Below, one piece after another: positions 1 through 10,168 of a stretch of DNA of 64,000 nucleotides (within the stretch, counting starts at the first letter, position 1; each line of letters opens with the position of its first letter). A program made the translations under genes and the position numbers. The DNA lies in sequence record ON190025.1. The stretch is one strand, 5' to 3'. Below the pieces are notes generated by a model, which was not told where the DNA came from, ran no database searches, and was given only the letters and a program-made list of their open reading frames with translations.

Positions 1-1141
1 GATATGCGTCGTGGAACACACGTTGGTTTACTTTGGCGAATATCTCACCTTGTACTTCAAGACCTGCAACCGATGCAGTTGAACCATTATCACGAATGAT
101 CAACGCTTGACCGTTACCACCATCAGTGTTGATGTCAACATCACTAATCTCATGAATTAATTCCAGATTCTGATTCGCACCCGTAATCCAGTTAATACCT
201 GAGTTTTCGGTTGCATATAGAGTCTCGTTGAAGCTTAAACGCGCACCTGCTTTGCTGATCGCAACGTTTCCCGTAAATGTATCGCCTGTAACATTTGCAA
301 ATCGCGCATCAGATTCAGCTTCAGTGTAGTACCTACCGTCATGTGTGTGTGAATCGTTCGCTACAGTCGCTGTAACAGTCACGGTCGCATTAGCCGATCC
401 ATCAATAGTCATAGACGCAGAACCGCTTACATCGCCCGTTAGAGTCGTTGTAAGAGTGCGTGCAGATGTCCATTTGTCTGCATTTGGGTGATATGCTTCA
501 GTGAAGACGTTATTACCTTCATACGTGAACGCAGAGCCGTTTACACTCAGAGTTGAACCATTGTTGCCGATTTGCAACGTTCCGTCTGTACGTAATAGAG
601 AGCTTCCGTAATAAACCCCAGACGTAAACTCATTCTGATCATTGATTCTCAACCAATCATCAAACCCACGCAATGCTGTTTTCATGTTGATATCAATACT
701 ATCAACAGAAAAGTCGGCAGCAGTAGCATCAATTCTGAAGCGAGTAGTGACTACATCATTTTCTCGAATACTGAAACTATCAGTCGAGTTCATAATGTAC
801 CAGTTTTTCGAGTTGACGTTGTCGCGCAACAACAGACGTGGCGATGCCCCGTTGATCTCAATTTCGTTTGCCGTGTTTGTCAATTTACCTGACATTGTAT
901 CGCCGGTTTTCTTCACGTAGCCGCCAGCAACAATCGGAGCAAAACGACCATCAGATTCAGCTTTCGTGAATGCAGAAGTCGTCCCACCGTTACCTAATTC
1001 GCCTGGTAGTGGTGTATCATGTTCTGTATAAATTTTGTGGCCTTGGTAGCGAATTGTCTCGCCTTGCGGGTCAAAGCGAAGATTCCCTCCGTGCCAAACT
1101 ATGTTACCACCAATTGCGGTAGTTGATCTTAGTTCTGCCAT
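1..1141 (-). CDS. Long tail fibre distal-type subunit, 3' end off window
   Basis: Absent from the ORF track; ATG at 1141, manual translation MAELRSTTAIGGNIVWHGGNLRFDPQGET..., YHPNADKWT and VANDSHTHDGRYY fibre repeats, still open at base 1. Confidence 0.85.
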   Translation of the reverse strand, partial: MAELRSTTAIGGNIVWHGGNLRFDPQGETIRYQGHKIYTEHDTPLPGELGNGGTTSAFTKAESDGRFAPIVAGGYVKKTGDTMSGKLTNTANEIEINGASPRLLLRDNVNSKNWYIMNSTDSFSIRENDVVTTRFRIDATAADFSVDSIDINMKTALRGFDDWLRINDQNEFTSGVYYGSSLLRTDGTLQIGNNGSTLSVNGSAFTYEGNNVFTEAYHPNADKWTSARTLTTTLTGDVSGSASMTIDGSANATVTVTATVANDSHTHDGRYYTEAESDARFANVTGDTFTGNVAISKAGARLSFNETLYATENSGINWITGANQNLELIHEISDVDINTDGGNGQALIIRDNGSTASVAGLEVQGEIFAKVNQRVFHDAY

Positions 1142-2836
1142 GTTATTCTCTCATTGAGTACGTTTTATCATTTATTTATCATGTATAAAAAAAGCTCCCG
1201 AAGGAGCTTTTTATTTAAGTAGTTTTTCTAGACTTTCTAGACGTTTTTCAAGTTCTTCGCGTTTTCGTTTCTCTTCTTTAATACCTTCGATCAACAAACC
1301 AACCATGTTCCCGTATGAAACAGAATACATGTTGTTTTGCTCGACAACTGCTTCTGGTAGAACTTCAATAACTTCTTGAGCAATCACACCAGTTTGACGA
1401 GGCCCGTCAATATCAGTACGCTCATACGTATAACCATTCAGGCTGTCAATTTTTTCAAGTGGGTTTAGAATGCGCTTGATATCAGTTTTTATTCTTATAT
1501 CAGAATACGCAGTAATATTACCCGGCGCGGTAAAATTACCACCCGAAGATAATGTAAACGTCTTCCGACTGCCCCACGACTGTGCATTAGTATACATGTA
1601 AAGCGTATCATCAGAACCTAAGTGTAAGTTTTCACTCGTATTGCCAGCCGAAACAGCATTTGCCGCAGTCGTCTCGCCCGATGCAATTACAGTGTTACCA
1701 CCTGACGATACAATCAAGTTCGTACCGTTCACACCACCATCTAATGCTTTAATCGACGCTCCAGGGTGTGAACCTGCTTTTAGTTTCAATTCACCTGTCA
1801 TCGTATCGCCAGACTTATACACATATCTTGAATTCGATTCTGATTCTGTGTAATAACGACCGTCGTGAGTATGAGAATCGTTTTTAACCGCGACGCTTAA
1901 AGTCACATTCGAACTACCGTCAATTGAAACTGAACCACTTGCATCACCGTTCAACGTCAGCGTACGAGAAGTTGTCCATCGGTCTGCATTTGGGTGATAA
2001 TCGTCCATGAAAATGCGCTGTGTACTACTCCAAGAAGTTGTCAAGCCACGACGGAAATACAGCTCGTTATCAGAATAATTGTTACTACCACCAAGTAATT
2101 GCCATGCTTGATAACCAGAATCCCAGCCGTTCACAGATAACGCAGAATACCAATTCGAAAAACTGCTCGGTCTGTCTAAGTTTGTAAACTGTGCAGATAC
2201 TGATCGAGCCACAAGTGTATTCGGTGTAATCGGTGTATCGCGAGTATCGTCAACAACAATCCACGTATGCGTGTGTGAATCATTTGCTACAGATGCAGTT
2301 AACGTAACGTTCGAACTACCGTCAATAGATACTGAACCGCTCAAATCACCGCTCAATGTCAATGTTCGTGCATTAGTCCATTTGTCTGCATTTGGGTGAT
2401 AGGCATCAGTAAAGATCTGTGACCAAGAACCCCACGTACCGTTATTTTGATTACGAACAAACCAATTGTTAGTTCGCCAGTCGGATGCTAATTGAGTTTT
2501 CCACGATGCACTATAAGATTGTGTCAATACTGCATGGTCTTGTCCTATCGGAGTTCCATTCGCCGATGATTGAGCGTAACCGAAAGAATACCCACTATCA
2601 TCACCATAAGTGTCAAGGTCGGTTATTATGACACTTTGCAATCTAGGGGTTTTTAAAACCCCTGTCATTGTATCACCAGCTTTTTGTACGTATCTAGTAT
2701 CGTGAGTATGCGAGTCGTCTGCTACTGTGACGTTTAATGTAACATCCGAGCTACCATCCCATGAGACGCTACCACTCGCGTCGCCGCTTAAATTCAACGT
2801 ACGAGCGGTAGTCCATTTGTCTGCATTTGGGTGATA
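468..2836. repeat. Four 26 bp near-identical repeats in tail fibre genes (468, 1974, 2376, 2811)
   Basis: GTCCATTTGTCTGCATTTGGGTGATA at 468, 2376 and 2811; 2-mismatch copy at 1974; encodes YHPNADKWT. Confidence 0.9.
1186..1212 (-). terminator. Rho-independent terminator, C(UUCG)G loop
   Basis: Minus strand AGCTCC-TTCG-GGAGCT followed by a T run. Confidence 0.85.
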
Positions 2837-2962
2837 GGCATCATGAAACACCTTTTGCGTGTTTTGTGCAAAAAGCTCAGTATCAACAACTAGACTTCCG
2901 ACCTGTGTCATTGACGATACGTTCAACGTACCGAAAATGTTAGTAGGACCTAATTTTGCCAT
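1211..2962 (-). CDS. Tail fibre protein with C-terminal intramolecular chaperone (peptidase S74-like) domain
   Basis: Three YHPNAD(K/R)WT...DSHTH repeats; C-terminal SDIRIKTDIK...GVIAQEV...YGNMVGLLIEGIKE plus coiled coil. Confidence 0.85.
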   Translation of the reverse strand: MAKLGPTNIFGTLNVSSMTQVGSLVVDTELFAQNTQKVFHDAYHPNADKWTTARTLNLSGDASGSVSWDGSSDVTLNVTVADDSHTHDTRYVQKAGDTMTGVLKTPRLQSVIITDLDTYGDDSGYSFGYAQSSANGTPIGQDHAVLTQSYSASWKTQLASDWRTNNWFVRNQNNGTWGSWSQIFTDAYHPNADKWTNARTLTLSGDLSGSVSIDGSSNVTLTASVANDSHTHTWIVVDDTRDTPITPNTLVARSVSAQFTNLDRPSSFSNWYSALSVNGWDSGYQAWQLLGGSNNYSDNELYFRRGLTTSWSSTQRIFMDDYHPNADRWTTSRTLTLNGDASGSVSIDGSSNVTLSVAVKNDSHTHDGRYYTESESNSRYVYKSGDTMTGELKLKAGSHPGASIKALDGGVNGTNLIVSSGGNTVIASGETTAANAVSAGNTSENLHLGSDDTLYMYTNAQSWGSRKTFTLSSGGNFTAPGNITAYSDIRIKTDIKRILNPLEKIDSLNGYTYERTDIDGPRQTGVIAQEVIEVLPEAVVEQNNMYSVSYGNMVGLLIEGIKEEKRKREELEKRLESLEKLLK

Positions 2963-2992
2963 TTCATATTCCTATTAGTTGTTTTATAATAT

Positions 2993-5900
2993 TTATGACT
3001 CACTCAGTGACACGACAGACACTGCACCATTTTTATTGAAACTCGCAGACTCAAGCAACAGCTTGTGTTCGCGCTCAATTTCAATATCACTTAATGCCTT
3101 TGTGTGCAATTTACCTTTATGAGTCACACCATTAAAGCGAAAATCTTCACTCGTTGATGAGTTATACCCAAATGTAATGTCATGATCAGATTTAAATTCT
3201 ATGAAATCGTCATCTAGTGTCGCAGTATCTAGTAATGAACCATTCACATACAATCTAAACAGTTTCGCTTTTTTAACGAGCGATATAGCAGTTATCTCGT
3301 TCACTGTATGCGGGATACCTGCAAGAGTATACCACCGATCACCAGATGTCTCAGATACTGAAATACGAGCGTCATATCGACCGTTATTTGCAACGATACC
3401 AGTATGAAAACCTCTACTCGCCATGATTAACGCTTCGGTATCTTGAGTCTCAGATAGTGCAGTACACAGAACAGTCATCGTAAACTCACTCGTATCCCAA
3501 TCTGCATCACTAAAAGTAACATCTAGTGAATTATCAATCAGTACACCACCATTGGCAGCTAATGTACCGTCAGTGTATAACCCACCTTTATCAATCAACG
3601 GGTTATTGAATTGAGTGATTGACGTTCTTGACATCGATTTGTCTGTAAACGGCTCAATGTCAGTAAAATCAAGATATGCATATAGTGAATCGGTATTACC
3701 GACTTCATCAAACACGCCTGCATATGTTGTACCATCTTTATTGACATTTGGCTTATTGAAACTACCGCGCAAGAAAGATGTACGAGTGTAGTTAATACGT
3801 TCACCTAGTTCGTTATAACGGCGACCTTCTTTTTCTTCGAGAAGCTTTTGACCGTTTTTAAACCCAATCAACGACCACGTACCGCGAGTGATAATTTCAC
3901 TCGGACCATAATCAGCACTGAAGTACGTTTTGAAATACTCATCGAGTGTACCATCTTGCGCTGAAGATGCATCACAACGAGCAATACTCAATAACCAACC
4001 ATCTTCCATCTTATCAATAGCGTGCTTAACCCAGTTGTGCGCGTCTTGTGCGTCAGTAACTTCAGAACCCGTAGAAATGTATACGTCACCGTCAAACTCG
4101 TAGTACTGAGAGACTACAGTCCCTGCGTATGTGTCGAGGTTACCAAATGCACGCAAGTTCATCCCGTGGTCGAAAATACAGAAATTTAACCCGCGTCTCG
4201 ATAAAGGAGTCCCTTGTTTAACACCGTCAATGAACGTAGCTGTACCATCATCAAATGACTCAGAACTCGAACGAATCTGAATTTCTGTTTCAGCAGAGTC
4301 ATCCCACCCCTCGACTAAACGCGAGCTATTAAGCTGACCTTTATTGTCGATACTTGTTTTTACGTTCATCAACTCTTGAATTTCCGATTGTTCAAGAGCT
4401 TTCGCATAAATCTTATAATCAGCAACGCCACCGTAGAAGCCTTCACTAATAGAATCTCTAAACGCACCAGTATTGAGAACTTTAAGATACCCGACACCAA
4501 GACCGATGTCACGCGGGCTTCCGTTGTGAGTTTTAGTCACAACCCCATCAACATACCATTTTGTAATACCAGTTTCACCATCGAATACTACAGCACAATG
4601 TCTCCATTCATTAAGAGTACCTGGCAAACCGTCAGAACCGCCCGAAGATACCCGCTCACCCGCAATACCTGCGTAGTTCGAATCTCCCCACCCATAGCCG
4701 ATTTCGAACCCACTTGATGTATCCCAACTATTACCACAAGATACCAGAACTGAGTCACGAGAACGTTGATTGCGTTTATTGATCCATGCCATCCACGTAA
4801 AACTATCTTCAGGTGGCACGTAACCGTCAACAACCCACGCACAAGGAGTTCCTTGAGTTCGTTCATAGCCATTAGAACTATACCATATTGCGTCACTTCC
4901 CGGTGACCAGTATGTAGTATGACCGACAGGAGATGGTTTTATATCTCGCTCGCTGAAAAGATAATATACAGATGGCTGTTTCGTGTTATTAATCGACATA
5001 TGAGAATAAGAAACTGAAGTGTAATCTCTAGCCTCAACATCGGGGTGATTGATATACTCAGCGTCATGATTAAATCCAGATGCGTCGTGTAGATTATACT
5101 GAGCTGGGTTAATGAAACGACCTGTAGTATTTGATACCTTGTAATCATTTGCACGGTCAGTCATCAATTCAAGCTGAACATTCTTGAAGTACTTCGGACC
5201 CGTTGGCCCATAATGTCCATAAAAGTAAATCGTTGCGCTTGAATTAGAACTCCAATCCCACTGAGCATCGATCTCAAATTCAACTTGAATTCGTTCCCAT
5301 GCTTTTGAGCGAGTTGGTCTTACGTACATACGCTTCGCAAACGAACGATTGCCGCCGATCACAGGTCTATATAACCCGATATCCCAATACGGAATGCCAC
5401 TACCAACGTCTTCAGTATAAACGTCAAGTGATAAAATCATCTTACGACCGATACGACGATCATTAGGCGAACCATTTGGGTCAGTTTCTAAACCAGGGTC
5501 TAGTAATTCATTATTAAGGGTCGTGTGTGTTAACCCAAGCCAACCACCATCAATGTTATTCGCATACCCGACAGTTTCACCTTGAAACTCTTTAAAGTGT
5601 GCATGAATACGATTATTGTCGGGGTCTGAGCCACCGTTCCAACCACTAGACCAACCCGGTACGATTAGCGCGTCTTCATGTAAGTCGGGATCCCAGCCGA
5701 TGTTTGTATGCACTAACGGGTCAAACGGAACTGCACCTAACAATGAGCTATTCACAATACGGTTTTCAAATCCCGGTTCTAGATCGTCAAATGTATAATG
5801 CACCTGAAGACCACGTGCAAGTTCTTTGATTTCAGCAGTCGAAAGCGCGTGGTCATACACTCGAACATCATTCAGCTTACACGTCGGTCGATAATTGCTC

Positions 5901-6451
5901 GCACCTAGGTGTGTAGTAGACCATGCGAATAGAGCAATGTAATCTTCTTGATATGCCATGTCATACGAGAAAGTTCTCTCAACTACGCCATCAACCCATA
6001 GTGTCACAACACCATCAGTATATCTCATAACACAGTGATGCCATTTCAAGTGCATATTAGTCGTACCGTAGTACGTGTGATATGTTCGCGACGTACCATT
6101 ACCTGTATTACAACTCAACAAAGCAGAAGTGACACTATCACATTTAAGCGTCAACCCGGGCCCTGTGTCGTCGGAGTGGCTATGCAGAGTAACTATACCA
6201 TTCGCAGTTGAAAGATGATAATTCCCCATTGGTCTGATCCACGCAGTCAGCGTGAAATCTTTGTTTAAATTAACTTTGCGCTCACTTCGTAGATAATCAT
6301 TAGTATTGTAAACTGTGCGCTCTTGACACAGCCCCAATTTACCTTGACTATCTACGATTGCACCGCTATCGTTATAAAGACTCAAGTGGTTTTCATTACC
6401 ACTCCAGTCTTTAAGATCTTTATGTAAAGGGTACCATGCAATTAATGACAT
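2993..6451 (-). CDS. Tail fibre-associated multi-lectin protein (LamG/concanavalin-like domains plus ILEI/PANDER-like domain)
   Basis: 1152 aa; repeated FTxxAWI...WxHxxxxY...LxVDG...YxxALSxxEI LamG signatures; RRGLNF...DTY...RGTWSLIG segment. Confidence 0.7.
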   Translation of the reverse strand: MSLIAWYPLHKDLKDWSGNENHLSLYNDSGAIVDSQGKLGLCQERTVYNTNDYLRSERKVNLNKDFTLTAWIRPMGNYHLSTANGIVTLHSHSDDTGPGLTLKCDSVTSALLSCNTGNGTSRTYHTYYGTTNMHLKWHHCVMRYTDGVVTLWVDGVVERTFSYDMAYQEDYIALFAWSTTHLGASNYRPTCKLNDVRVYDHALSTAEIKELARGLQVHYTFDDLEPGFENRIVNSSLLGAVPFDPLVHTNIGWDPDLHEDALIVPGWSSGWNGGSDPDNNRIHAHFKEFQGETVGYANNIDGGWLGLTHTTLNNELLDPGLETDPNGSPNDRRIGRKMILSLDVYTEDVGSGIPYWDIGLYRPVIGGNRSFAKRMYVRPTRSKAWERIQVEFEIDAQWDWSSNSSATIYFYGHYGPTGPKYFKNVQLELMTDRANDYKVSNTTGRFINPAQYNLHDASGFNHDAEYINHPDVEARDYTSVSYSHMSINNTKQPSVYYLFSERDIKPSPVGHTTYWSPGSDAIWYSSNGYERTQGTPCAWVVDGYVPPEDSFTWMAWINKRNQRSRDSVLVSCGNSWDTSSGFEIGYGWGDSNYAGIAGERVSSGGSDGLPGTLNEWRHCAVVFDGETGITKWYVDGVVTKTHNGSPRDIGLGVGYLKVLNTGAFRDSISEGFYGGVADYKIYAKALEQSEIQELMNVKTSIDNKGQLNSSRLVEGWDDSAETEIQIRSSSESFDDGTATFIDGVKQGTPLSRRGLNFCIFDHGMNLRAFGNLDTYAGTVVSQYYEFDGDVYISTGSEVTDAQDAHNWVKHAIDKMEDGWLLSIARCDASSAQDGTLDEYFKTYFSADYGPSEIITRGTWSLIGFKNGQKLLEEKEGRRYNELGERINYTRTSFLRGSFNKPNVNKDGTTYAGVFDEVGNTDSLYAYLDFTDIEPFTDKSMSRTSITQFNNPLIDKGGLYTDGTLAANGGVLIDNSLDVTFSDADWDTSEFTMTVLCTALSETQDTEALIMASRGFHTGIVANNGRYDARISVSETSGDRWYTLAGIPHTVNEITAISLVKKAKLFRLYVNGSLLDTATLDDDFIEFKSDHDITFGYNSSTSEDFRFNGVTHKGKLHTKALSDIEIEREHKLLLESASFNKNGAVSVVSLSES

Positions 6452-6462
6452 ATAAATTCACC

Positions 6463-8001
6463 TTATGAGAAAATAAAGTCGATTGATTCACTCGTTGAGT
6501 TATACACAATCGACGCTGCACCGTCGTCGAATTTCATTTCACTTCGACCATCGTGCTGAACTACGCTACCGTTATACGTTATATTGTCTGTATGCGTCGC
6601 AGCAGCGTTTGACTTGATTTTTAATATGTTAACACCCGCTTCTAAATTAACCGCTTCTACAGTGCTACTAGAGTCGGTATCCGCTGAAACAAACACGCTT
6701 GCAGGAGTAACAAGTTCAGTGTCACTACTTAACTTCAGATAGCGACTTGTAGATGAACCGTAGATAAGATTACCATTCATCGTCAAGTTACCCGTCATCG
6801 AATCACCTGCGGCGTTTACGTAACGACCGTCTAGATTCGTCGTGAAGTTTCCAGTGTGCAGTACAACGTTATCGTTGAATTTCAATGCGCTTGCACTGTT
6901 CTGAGAACCACCATCAATAGTCAACGAGTTTAACCCTGCAATCAAGTTCAAATGACGAGTTGTTTCGTTGTCGTTCGCGTCTGCTTCGATAGTAAGATCG
7001 CCAATTGATGACATGTGTATGTCAGTACTATTGAAATCTAAGAAATATTCATTAGTTCGGCGAATACCAAATCCCACATCAAACAATAAATGCCCAGACA
7101 TCGTATCACCTGATTTAAGTACACGAGTATTCGCGTTATCATTTGCTGTCTTAGCGGCAGTCGCAGATGCATATACAGTCGAGCTTGTTGTGCTAACCGA
7201 GTCGGTGATGTTTCTGTTATTCGGGCTGAATACGCGATTGCCTCGCTCTCTCAATTCACGTTCAGCGTCTACATACGAATTTGCACCAACGCCAACAGTC
7301 AATGCAGTTATCTGACTACTATCTTCGATTTTGAATGCTTTGTCGGTACTTTCACTTGAAAGATATAACACAGCCCCAGCACCTATACCGCGAGTCTGAA
7401 AGTTCCACGGTCTAGATGAAGGGAAACGAAGTTGTCTCGACCCCTCGTTAGTCTCAGGCGCAGTCAATGTATTGAAAATACCCGTCATCGAGTCACCCGA
7501 TACATTCAAATAGCGACCATCAAGTAAAGACTGATTTCCAGTATGCAACATAGTTCGATGTGTTGAACCGTCGTAATACTGCATGTTCCCTAAGTGATCA
7601 AATGACCAGTATCGACCAGATTGTTTAGATTCAATCATAAACTCGTTACCGTCAGCACCAGATGATGTCCCGCGATATTTCAAGTTCCACGCATATGCAT
7701 TATTACCTAGATAAATCCATGCGTCGGCGACCGCAAGATTGTCACCTTGACCATCTGAGTAACCGCCATCAAATCTCATCACTTCGCCAAGCGCATTAAC
7801 TTTCAATACACCTGACATTGAATCACCAGCACGCTTAACAACAGATTCGGTTAAATCGGTATGCGGGTCTGGCTTGTCGTGTTCTGTATAAATTTTGTAG
7901 CCGTTGTAAAGAACAGTTTCACCTTGTGGGTCAAATCGTAAATTACCTCCGTGCCATACTAGTTTACCGCCAATTGCGGTAGTTGATCTTAATTCTGCCA
8001 T
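6463..8001 (-). CDS. Long tail fibre subunit, N-terminus paralogous to the 1141 gene
   Basis: Same N-terminus MAELRSTTAIGG; repeated LDGRYxNxxGDSMTG fibre motifs. Confidence 0.8.
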   Translation of the reverse strand: MAELRSTTAIGGKLVWHGGNLRFDPQGETVLYNGYKIYTEHDKPDPHTDLTESVVKRAGDSMSGVLKVNALGEVMRFDGGYSDGQGDNLAVADAWIYLGNNAYAWNLKYRGTSSGADGNEFMIESKQSGRYWSFDHLGNMQYYDGSTHRTMLHTGNQSLLDGRYLNVSGDSMTGIFNTLTAPETNEGSRQLRFPSSRPWNFQTRGIGAGAVLYLSSESTDKAFKIEDSSQITALTVGVGANSYVDAERELRERGNRVFSPNNRNITDSVSTTSSTVYASATAAKTANDNANTRVLKSGDTMSGHLLFDVGFGIRRTNEYFLDFNSTDIHMSSIGDLTIEADANDNETTRHLNLIAGLNSLTIDGGSQNSASALKFNDNVVLHTGNFTTNLDGRYVNAAGDSMTGNLTMNGNLIYGSSTSRYLKLSSDTELVTPASVFVSADTDSSSTVEAVNLEAGVNILKIKSNAAATHTDNITYNGSVVQHDGRSEMKFDDGAASIVYNSTSESIDFIFS

Positions 8002-8057
8002 TAGCGTTATTCCATGTGTTTGAAATTAGAATATATGACAGTATTTAGTATAGCCGT

Positions 8058-8084
8058 AAAAAAGGGCGCTATTTGCGCCCTTTT
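8058..8084 (-). terminator. Rho-independent terminator
   Basis: GGGCGC/GCGCCC stem flanked by A6 and T4. Confidence 0.75.
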
Positions 8085-8593
8085 GTTTTTTGTTTCTTTG
8101 CTTTTCGTTTAGCCCGTCTAAGTTCTTTTCGTTTAGCGATTTTATCTGCTCTTCGAACTGCGTCGTAATCAGCAGCACAAGACGCAGCAAACGCATCAGG
8201 TTTGAACACGGGCTCTTGACCAACATATCCCAATATAGTACCTTTAGCTTCGTTATAGGCAACGTGAGATTTGTGTGTAGGGTCAGGGTTGATGTCAACG
8301 TGAACTTCAAAGCCTCTAGTACCGCACATTGGCTTAACCATTAGTGCAGTTTCACCCGCTTTGTATACTTCATTCATCAATCGACTTCTGATACCATCTT
8401 TACATGATAAGTATGCAGGTTCAGTCTCAACTGCTTTAAACACTTGAGCACCTTTACTACCTTCAAGATGAATTATGATCACAGTCGCGTAACTAATCAT
8501 GTCACTTTTACGCTTACTATCACACCCAACGTATATTGTGCTATTTGGATGACTGTTATTGATAGCTGTTTCTATCGCTTCCCAATCGAACAT
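8069..8593 (-). CDS. RNase H-fold protein, YkuK/DUF458-like
   Basis: IYVGCDS, YATVIIIH, EVHVDIN and KPDAFAASCAAD motifs; basic C-terminal tail; GAGG SD before ATG 8593. Confidence 0.75.
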   Translation of the reverse strand: MFDWEAIETAINNSHPNSTIYVGCDSKRKSDMISYATVIIIHLEGSKGAQVFKAVETEPAYLSCKDGIRSRLMNEVYKAGETALMVKPMCGTRGFEVHVDINPDPTHKSHVAYNEAKGTILGYVGQEPVFKPDAFAASCAADYDAVRRADKIAKRKELRRAKRKAKKQKTKGRK

Positions 8594-8606
8594 TTTCACC
8601 TCTTAC

Positions 8607-8633
8607 AAAAAAGGGCAGCACAATGCCGCCCTT
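8607..8633 (-). terminator. Rho-independent terminator after the DUF2828 gene
   Basis: GGGCGGCA/TGCTGCCC stem then T6 on minus strand. Confidence 0.75.
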
Positions 8634-8642
8634 ATCACTTAT

Positions 8643-10079
8643 TTAAAAGCTGTAGCGTTCGACGCCTACAGTTTTCATCATGATCTTGACTGGCTCAAGC
8701 TCACCACTCAACAGTGAAGTCAAGATAGATGGGCTACAACCAGATACCAGTGCAGTGCCCGCTTCGCCAGCTTTAACCGGAACGTTGCCAAGACGACCAC
8801 GAATGTTCCAAAAGACCAGTTGTGGCATTTCATAACCAGCACGTGCGTACTTGGCTTTGATTGCATCGAAGTTCGCAGGTTCACCGCGACCGTACCATCC
8901 ACCACCAGTGTTTGCTTGATCGAATTCCATGTCACTCATGATAAGCAACTTGGTTGGCATATCTTCTTGTGAAAGATTTGCACGCTTCGCACGTTCTAAC
9001 AGAACATCAAAGCACTTACCGATGTTCGTGCTCATGTCTTCGCCTGAACGATTCATGTTATCAAGACGCTCTTTCAATGAAGAGCCGCGCAACTGGTGGA
9101 AGTGCGGGTCGCTTGAGAACGAAATGAACTGATCTTTGAAGATGCCTTCATTGCGTTCAGCAACATAAATCCCAAGAGACATTGCAACTTGCTTACAAGT
9201 CACACCTGAATGGTCTGTACCTGCGTTAATTGGCGTGCTCATAGAGCCAGACACGTCAACAACAGGGATGATGCGTTCATCAGAACCTTCCATGTAGTTT
9301 GGCAGAGCTTTCCATTGCTCGTTCGCTACAGACGCATTACCGTGACTAACGCTCTTAACGACATCGTATGGGAACAGTGCGCCAGCGTTGATCTTCGCTT
9401 CACCTTTTTGAAGTGACTCGATGTAGCTTGTGTAACGAGCTGAAGCGTTACGACCGAATGCTTGTTGATAACGAGCAGACGCTACAGAAGGCAACTTACC
9501 GAAGTCGATTGCATCCCATTTTTGCGCACACATCTTCTGCTCAACAGTGTCAGACAGAAGCGACAGAATCTTACGCCACTGCTTCGCAGTTACGCCAAGA
9601 GACTTGATTGTGCGCTTGAACACATGACCGTTTTTGCTGTTTTCACGTGGGAACCACTTCGCAGCAAGACCATTCTTGTCATTGACAATTGCGTTCGACC
9701 ACATTGTAATCGCATCTTTTTCAAGACGTGTACCGAAAGCAGAAATCAAGTCATCGTAACGACCTAGTTCTGGAATTTTCGACATTACAGCACGAGCTAC
9801 GTCAGGCTGTTCATTACAAAGTTTAGTGAATAGTGTACGGAAAGTACCACGTTCACCCGCACCACCTCGAACGTCACGAGACCACAAAAGAATGCGAGTC
9901 GCTAGTTCTGGGTTTTCTGCAAACGCACGACCGAACAGCGTTTTAGACTGATCGTTGCCACGCATAGCAGCAATACCGAAGAACAAGTTTAGACACTCGT
10001 TACCTGAAGTGCTGTGAGTAACTGCACCGTTTGCTGTGCGTGAATCGTTTGTTTGCATTGCGTTCATAAATACTGACAT
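8643..10079 (-). CDS. DUF2828-family protein (helical TROVE/Ro60-like N-terminal region plus C-terminal vWA)
   Basis: TANGAVTHSTSGNECLNLFF, RDVRGGAGER, LAAKWFPRE, KINAGALFPY; MIDAS DVSGSM, SDMEFD, VFWNIR. The TROVE relationship is inferred. Confidence 0.85.
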   Translation of the reverse strand: MSVFMNAMQTNDSRTANGAVTHSTSGNECLNLFFGIAAMRGNDQSKTLFGRAFAENPELATRILLWSRDVRGGAGERGTFRTLFTKLCNEQPDVARAVMSKIPELGRYDDLISAFGTRLEKDAITMWSNAIVNDKNGLAAKWFPRENSKNGHVFKRTIKSLGVTAKQWRKILSLLSDTVEQKMCAQKWDAIDFGKLPSVASARYQQAFGRNASARYTSYIESLQKGEAKINAGALFPYDVVKSVSHGNASVANEQWKALPNYMEGSDERIIPVVDVSGSMSTPINAGTDHSGVTCKQVAMSLGIYVAERNEGIFKDQFISFSSDPHFHQLRGSSLKERLDNMNRSGEDMSTNIGKCFDVLLERAKRANLSQEDMPTKLLIMSDMEFDQANTGGGWYGRGEPANFDAIKAKYARAGYEMPQLVFWNIRGRLGNVPVKAGEAGTALVSGCSPSILTSLLSGELEPVKIMMKTVGVERYSF

Positions 10080-10115
10080 TGTTCATTTCCTCATAATTAA
10101 TTGCTGTAAAATGTC
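10075..10115 (-). promoter_or_regulatory. 5' UTR copy of the helix-NN-NCWGCAA motif pairing over the DUF2828 start codon
   Basis: GACATT-TT-ACAGCAA-TTAATTATGAGGAAATGAAC-AATGTC; AATGTC contains the ATG and the GAGG SD is in the loop. Confidence 0.8.
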
Positions 10116-10127
10116 GTTGATGTGATG

Positions 10128-10156
10128 ATTATACACGGATTTTAACCCGTGTAAAC
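10128..10156 (-). promoter_or_regulatory. Sigma70-type early promoter of the DUF2828 gene, palindromic spacer
   Basis: GTTTAC-17 nt-TATAAT; TACACGG...CCGTGTA inverted repeat. Confidence 0.8.
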
Positions 10157-10168
10157 AATTATTTTCAA

